DNA of 64,000 nucleotides from a virus: IMG/VR virus record IMGVR_UViG_3300041964_000014, positions 1 to 64,000 of that record; one strand, 5' to 3'. Shown piece by piece: positions 61,467 to 64,000 of this stretch (position 1 is its first letter; each line of letters starts with the position of its first letter). The notes under the pieces were generated by a model. It saw only the letters and a program-made list of their open reading frames with translations, ran no database searches and was not told where the DNA came from. The position numbers and the translations under genes were made by a program.

Positions 61467-61967
61467 ATGGTTGACCACATAATTAGCAAAGAATTAGCTA
61501 AAGCATTGGCAAGTACCTTAACACCGGGAAGTGACGTTCAAGTTGTGGCAGAAACTACTTATAAGCTTGTGGTATTGGAAGGACGGGGATTAAAAGACAA
61601 CGAAGAATTGTATGTAGTTCCGCCAGACCCTAATTCAGAAGTAGATGAAGACATTCGTAATAATTTCTCGGAAGGTATGTTTCCTCCGGGAATGCGGCTA
61701 AAATTAGCCAGACTGTTACGCCATGTTACGAGAAAACAGCTGACACTGCGACAATGCAAAGAACTATCTGAGTACCTATCTCCGACTAGTGAAAGCTTTG
61801 TACAGCAACTTCAGGGTAAGTACAGCAATTGTAGACCGTTACAAGTAAACAGCTTTACTCAGACTCAAGTAGGGCAGATAGCTCATATTATTAGTATTGC
61901 GACTAATTACGCTCTGTCGTATGAGGACGCTGCAAAAGTAGCACAGCATATTGTTGATTTGTGGTAG
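61467..61967 (+). CDS. Protein with degenerate ribosomal L7/L12 CTD-like motif; paralog of 62397..62882
   Basis: RLKLARLLRHVT...LTLRQCKEL. Confidence 0.45.
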   Translation: MVDHIISKELAKALASTLTPGSDVQVVAETTYKLVVLEGRGLKDNEELYVVPPDPNSEVDEDIRNNFSEGMFPPGMRLKLARLLRHVTRKQLTLRQCKELSEYLSPTSESFVQQLQGKYSNCRPLQVNSFTQTQVGQIAHIISIATNYALSYEDAAKVAQHIVDLW

Positions 61968-61974
61968 TTACAAG

Positions 61975-62097
61975 ATGAAGTGTCAACATTGCGGTAGTAG
62001 CAATCTTAGTTTCGTGCAAATAATCACTATGTACTCTAAAAAGTACAAGGATTATAGATGTAACGATTGTCGTAAGAACACAGCCTTCACAGCATAA
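61975..62097 (+). CDS. Small zinc-ribbon protein
   Basis: MKCQHCGS...YRCNDCRK. Confidence 0.55.
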   Translation: MKCQHCGSSNLSFVQIITMYSKKYKDYRCNDCRKNTAFTA

Positions 62098-62102
62098 ACA
62101 TA

Positions 62103-62333
62103 ATGGAAACTCTCCACAGTCCTAACAGTGATGTATTTAAGTTTGCAGTATTTGATGAAGTGAGTTTCGCCATGTTAGCTAATGTGGCTAATAAATTGTA
62201 TTTGTATCGGGGGATAACCCCGAAAGTCTGGAAAGAGTTGCTAGCAGCTGAAAGCAAAGGTAGGTATTTCAATGTGCAAATTAAAGATCGGTATCAGACT
62301 ACGGAGTTAAATAGTCTGGATATTGTGAAGTAA
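62103..62333 (+). CDS. KTSC domain protein
   Basis: Y.Y.G.....W.ELL.AESKGRYFN..IK..Y. Confidence 0.85.
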   Translation: METLHSPNSDVFKFAVFDEVSFAMLANVANKLYLYRGITPKVWKELLAAESKGRYFNVQIKDRYQTTELNSLDIVK

Positions 62334-62396
62334 CTTGCTTACTACGGGAAATTTCTTCGGGGTGTCTACTATTTACTTACCTAAGGGAGTTATATC

Positions 62397-62882
62397 ATGT
62401 CTACGAATCTTACACTCGACCAAGCCAAACAATTTGCTCAAGCGTTACCCTACGATAGTAACTTAAGGGTAGTTGTCGCTAGTACTGAGACTTATAAGCT
62501 CGTTAATGCTGACGAGTATGCGCCGCAACCGGGAGAATCGTATTGGGCAACAACACCTAGTGTAATAAGTCAGATTCAGAATCGATTTCCTGAAGGTTAT
62601 TTGTCTGGCAACTCATGTATCAAATTAATTAAGTTGCTTCGGACTATTGACACCAACTTAGGACTTCGCGAAGCCAAAGATGTTGCCGACTACTTACTTC
62701 CATCCATAGAGGCGACAAAAGAAAAGTGGAAACAGCAAATCTCAGATAGCACTGCCTTACAGGACAATAAGTTTTTTGGTTGTGATGCCTCCGCTTTGGA
62801 AGACTTAATTGAAATACTCACGAATGATCAGCTTAATTCCGAGGATGTGAAAGAAATTGTGAATGTATTAATCGGTAAGTAA
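62397..62882 (+). CDS. Protein with ribosomal L7/L12 CTD-like motif
   Basis: IKLIKLLRTI...LGLREAKDV.D. Confidence 0.55.
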   Translation: MSTNLTLDQAKQFAQALPYDSNLRVVVASTETYKLVNADEYAPQPGESYWATTPSVISQIQNRFPEGYLSGNSCIKLIKLLRTIDTNLGLREAKDVADYLLPSIEATKEKWKQQISDSTALQDNKFFGCDASALEDLIEILTNDQLNSEDVKEIVNVLIGK

Positions 62883-64000
62883 ACGTTAAGCAAAGAGTCC
62901 GAAATAACAAGACACTTATTTATTTCGGACTTCTGCATTCCTATTCCAAAAGGAGATTTCTATGTTGGTGCCTAATGTTGCCAGATGTATACGCAGCTTG
63001 TTTTCTAAGCCTCCTTTGCATTTGAAGCATTCCGATTGGAGCTATGTATTTAAGTGTTCATCTGGGTACGTAATCGCGGGCATCCCTTTATCGGAAACAA
63101 CGCGAATTCCGTCGCATAGCTTACTTGTAGAACTTTACGCGGATGAGAAAGGAGACTCGTATCACTTTGGTAAGTTTGCTGACGGCTCAGTAATACAACT
63201 CAATCCGGTACATTGGTCAGAAACACCTCCACAGCTAGTTTGGCATCCCCCTGATTTTGATATTTGGGATAAGTTATCTGTAGCAGGATTAGCTCCGAGA
63301 TACCCTAAAGAGCAAATAGATAAAGCTTGTCAAGCCGAGAAAACACTTAAAGAAGCTTACTCACAGTATGAAGCCACAATGAAACAGTTGGGAGCTGAAC
63401 TAGTAGATGAACGTTGGGAAAACTTGGAATGCTATCAATTTCCTACCCATCCGTTAATAGAGTTTTATGCTGACTCCGAATTAGGAGAATAAGTTTATAT
63501 GAATATCCGTATAACTGCCAAGAAAGTACTGTGGGCTTCAGTGCATAGAACTGGGGAGTCTAAGCTTCAAGCGGGAGAGTCAGCCACAATTACCAAAGCC
63601 GTGGTAGCTCACCCGACTAATCCTCTGTATGAGGTGACTAAAGCGGATGGTAAACAATTTGTGGTGTATCGTGACGATTTAGTTGAATGTGGGGCTTTAG
63701 ATAGAATACCGGAATGATGTAATAGTCCGAAACAATAAGGGTGTGTTTGCTACTTCCGATGTTGTTATTTAATGGTAAGGAGTTACTAATGACGGCTACC
63801 GTAATATACGTTGCGAGTTTAGTGGTATTAAAATTAGATGGTACTATTCACACTAAACCAGTTATTAGTAACCCCGCAGCTTATTCCTCCTTGTCAAGTT
63901 TTGTTGAGAGTTGTGTTACCAATATTAAAAGTGTGGCGGAGTTTAGTAATACTAAAATAGTGGGTTGTTTTGCTCATGAGGTACTCGATATTAGTACTGG

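Larger units (their letters stand above)
384..63741. repeat. Dispersed motif GTCCGAAA(T/C)AA(T/A)A(A/G), ~55 copies on both strands
   Basis: Plus-strand examples: 6008, 8500, 10050, 14043, 24801, 26511, 36241, 54141, 59173, 63725. Minus-strand examples: 5721, 8811, 38628, 44674, 60381. Count is manual. Confidence 0.9.

Noticed and set aside
51350-62272. Minus-strand ORFs in the right block (51350, 52035, 57947, 59584, 61559, 62087)
   Set aside because: They overlap coherent plus-strand genes that have RBSs and recognisable motifs.
384-63741. CRISPR array interpretation of the GTCCGAAA repeats
   Set aside because: The copies are short, dispersed, in both orientations and not regularly spaced; no cas genes are present.
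1-64000. tRNA/rRNA genes, integrase or att site
   Set aside because: None recognised by eye, so lifestyle cannot be called from this window.

Overview
AT-rich 64-kb segment of a tailed dsDNA phage, probably siphovirus-like. The host is probably a cyanobacterium; this is inferred from cyanobacterial-type RHH, HicB and KilA/P63C-like proteins and is not proven. From ~50 kb leftwards the minus strand carries the morphogenesis genes: TerS, TerL, a long MuF-family head protein, Mu gpI-like protease/scaffold, decoration protein, major capsid protein, SGNH-esterase and Ig/cement proteins, head-tail connector, tail tube, a tail assembly chaperone with a canonical GGGAAAG -1 frameshift, and the probable start of the tape measure gene. 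These are interleaved with small plus-strand genes, homing endonucleases and Rha/AntA regulators. From 50.3 kb rightwards lies a plus-strand block of small early-type genes. Three signals stand out. (1) About 15 basic, Gly/Ala-rich proteins share a leader, (F/Y)(I/L)SD(I/V)...x-x-F followed by ARKKGSKDKKKR. Echoes of this leader occur in the scaffold/protease, and some members carry lipase, ADP-ribosyltransferase-like or GNAT cargo, making this a candidate capsid-targeting and protease-matured effector-loading system. (2) A non-palindromic DNA motif, GTCCGAAA(T/C)AA(T/A)A, occurs roughly 55 times (manual count) on both strands. (3) Four antirepressor-like genes have an antisense extended -10 promoter plus hairpin over their start codons, resembling P22 Sar RNA. 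Many genes show single-base deletions that look like assembly errors. All family calls come from motif recognition by eye; no database searches were run.
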